A program made the position numbers and the translations under genes. From Euglena gracilis (Eukaryota), in the NCBI GenBank assembly GCA_039621445.1, contig CP154954.1, forward strand, positions 47,037,847-47,101,846: a stretch of 64,000 nt of DNA, read 5' to 3'. The notes beneath the pieces are model-generated. The model did no database searches. It was not told where the DNA came from and worked only from the letters and a program-made list of their open reading frames with translations. Of this stretch, positions 63,003 through 64,000 are shown in pieces; the first letter of the stretch is position 1, and every line of letters begins with the position of its first letter.

Positions 63003-63605
63003 ATGTCACAAACTCAAGAGACGCAGTGCACACAGCTCATCCATTATGATGGTGTCCACATTGGCCAAAAGGAATTGAAGGAGGCTCTGGAAAAGGGCAA
63101 CACGGATTCCCAAGTTGAGCACATGAAGCAGATGATCATGCTCCATCTCAATGGTGAACCTCAAAGTGCCATGCTGATGACTTTCATCCGATTTGTGCTA
63201 CCCAGCCAGGCTCGTGTTTGAAGGGTCAAGGTTGCAAGCGGTGAAAAAGCAATGGCCACCACATCGGAAAGAACAGGTCACTAGTTGTAGGAAGTAGGAA
63301 GTTTCCTCCCTAACCCTGAGGTCATCACTCTGCGTAAGGTCCATCCTTCGTCAAATCAAGCCTGGTGTTAAGCAAGATCACAAATTGAAGAAGTTGACTC
63401 TTTATTTTCTGGAGATCATCGACAAAACCGACTCCTCCGGCAAGTTGCTGCCAGAGATGATATTGGTCTGCAATTTCATCCGAAATGACCTTCAGCACGC
63501 CAATGAATATGTTCGAGGCTGCACCCTCCGATTTGTGAGCAAAATCCGTGAACAGGAATTGGTGGAGCCCCTGACAGATTCAATCATGGCAAACTTGGAC
63601 CACAG
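63003..63605 (+). CDS. COPB1: Coatomer subunit beta, exons 1-2 (63003-63203, 63370-63605); continues beyond the window
   Basis: [66 protein letters not shown] is the conserved beta-COP N-terminus. Confidence 0.95.
63204..63369 (+). other. Nonconventional intron, textbook consensus
   Basis: AGC-CAG-GCTCG...CAAGC-CTG-GTGTT|A: CAG at +4..6, CTG at -8..-6, 8/9 paired stem; frame restored. Confidence 0.9.
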
Positions 63606-64000
63606 GTGTGTATCCCCTTTCGTGATGACACTATCGCAGGGGGAACACTTGAATGGAAAAAATTGTGGGTAATATTCTGAACAAAATTTTGTCCAGAATT
63701 TTTTCTGCCGTTTTAAGGATCCGCCCAGAATTTTTCCGGCAAACTGAAGGAGAATGGTGAAGTCCAATTTTTTTCTTCGGCGCTTTGTGTTGATTCTTAG
63801 AATGCATTTTTGTTCCAAACCCCCTGTTAGATGGTGTATTGGAGGCTAGGCACAGAGGGGGAGGGGAGTCCGAGGGCGACCGTGCGCACCACGCGGAGCC
63901 TAAAAGCGGTGATTTTGGGTCCAAAAAGTGGTAATTTTTGGCCATTTTTGGACCATTTTCGATCAAAAAAATGCTTTTAGGGCCGTGCGCAGAGCGCGCG

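Noticed and set aside
63196-63375. Intact 8-bp TSDs at the well-supported nonconventional introns
   Set aside because: The flanking 8-mers match at 4/8 or fewer positions in the five introns checked, so they give no direct support for recent MITE origin.

Overview
Eukaryotic nuclear DNA, most likely from a euglenid. The evidence is a mix of GT-AG introns and non-canonical introns that fit the euglenid N3-CAG...CTG-N5 base-paired rule, plus pyrimidine-tract/AG acceptors just upstream of start codons. Host genes: (-) signal peptide + TPM domain + RING-H2 protein (~0.9-10.6 kb); (-) SET/Rubisco-LSMT-type lysine methyltransferase (12.3-28.2 kb); (-) RRM exon (~32.8-33.0 kb) with further unresolved exons; (+) 5' end of beta-COP (from 63.0 kb). 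Introns and intergenic DNA are packed with nested mobile elements. These include CAG..CTG MITEs with 8-bp TSDs, G-rich MITEs with 3-bp TSDs, a tandem-arrayed element with asymmetric inverted repeats and no TSD, a miniaturised piggyBac-like transposase relic, a BED-finger fragment, a CCCH-OTU-DnaJ-NPGP ORF, and a GC-rich F-box/tRNA-like island. The main idea is that the geometry of the 8-bp-TSD MITEs exactly reproduces the nonconventional intron splice code. All calls were made by eye with no database search, and gene models are partial.
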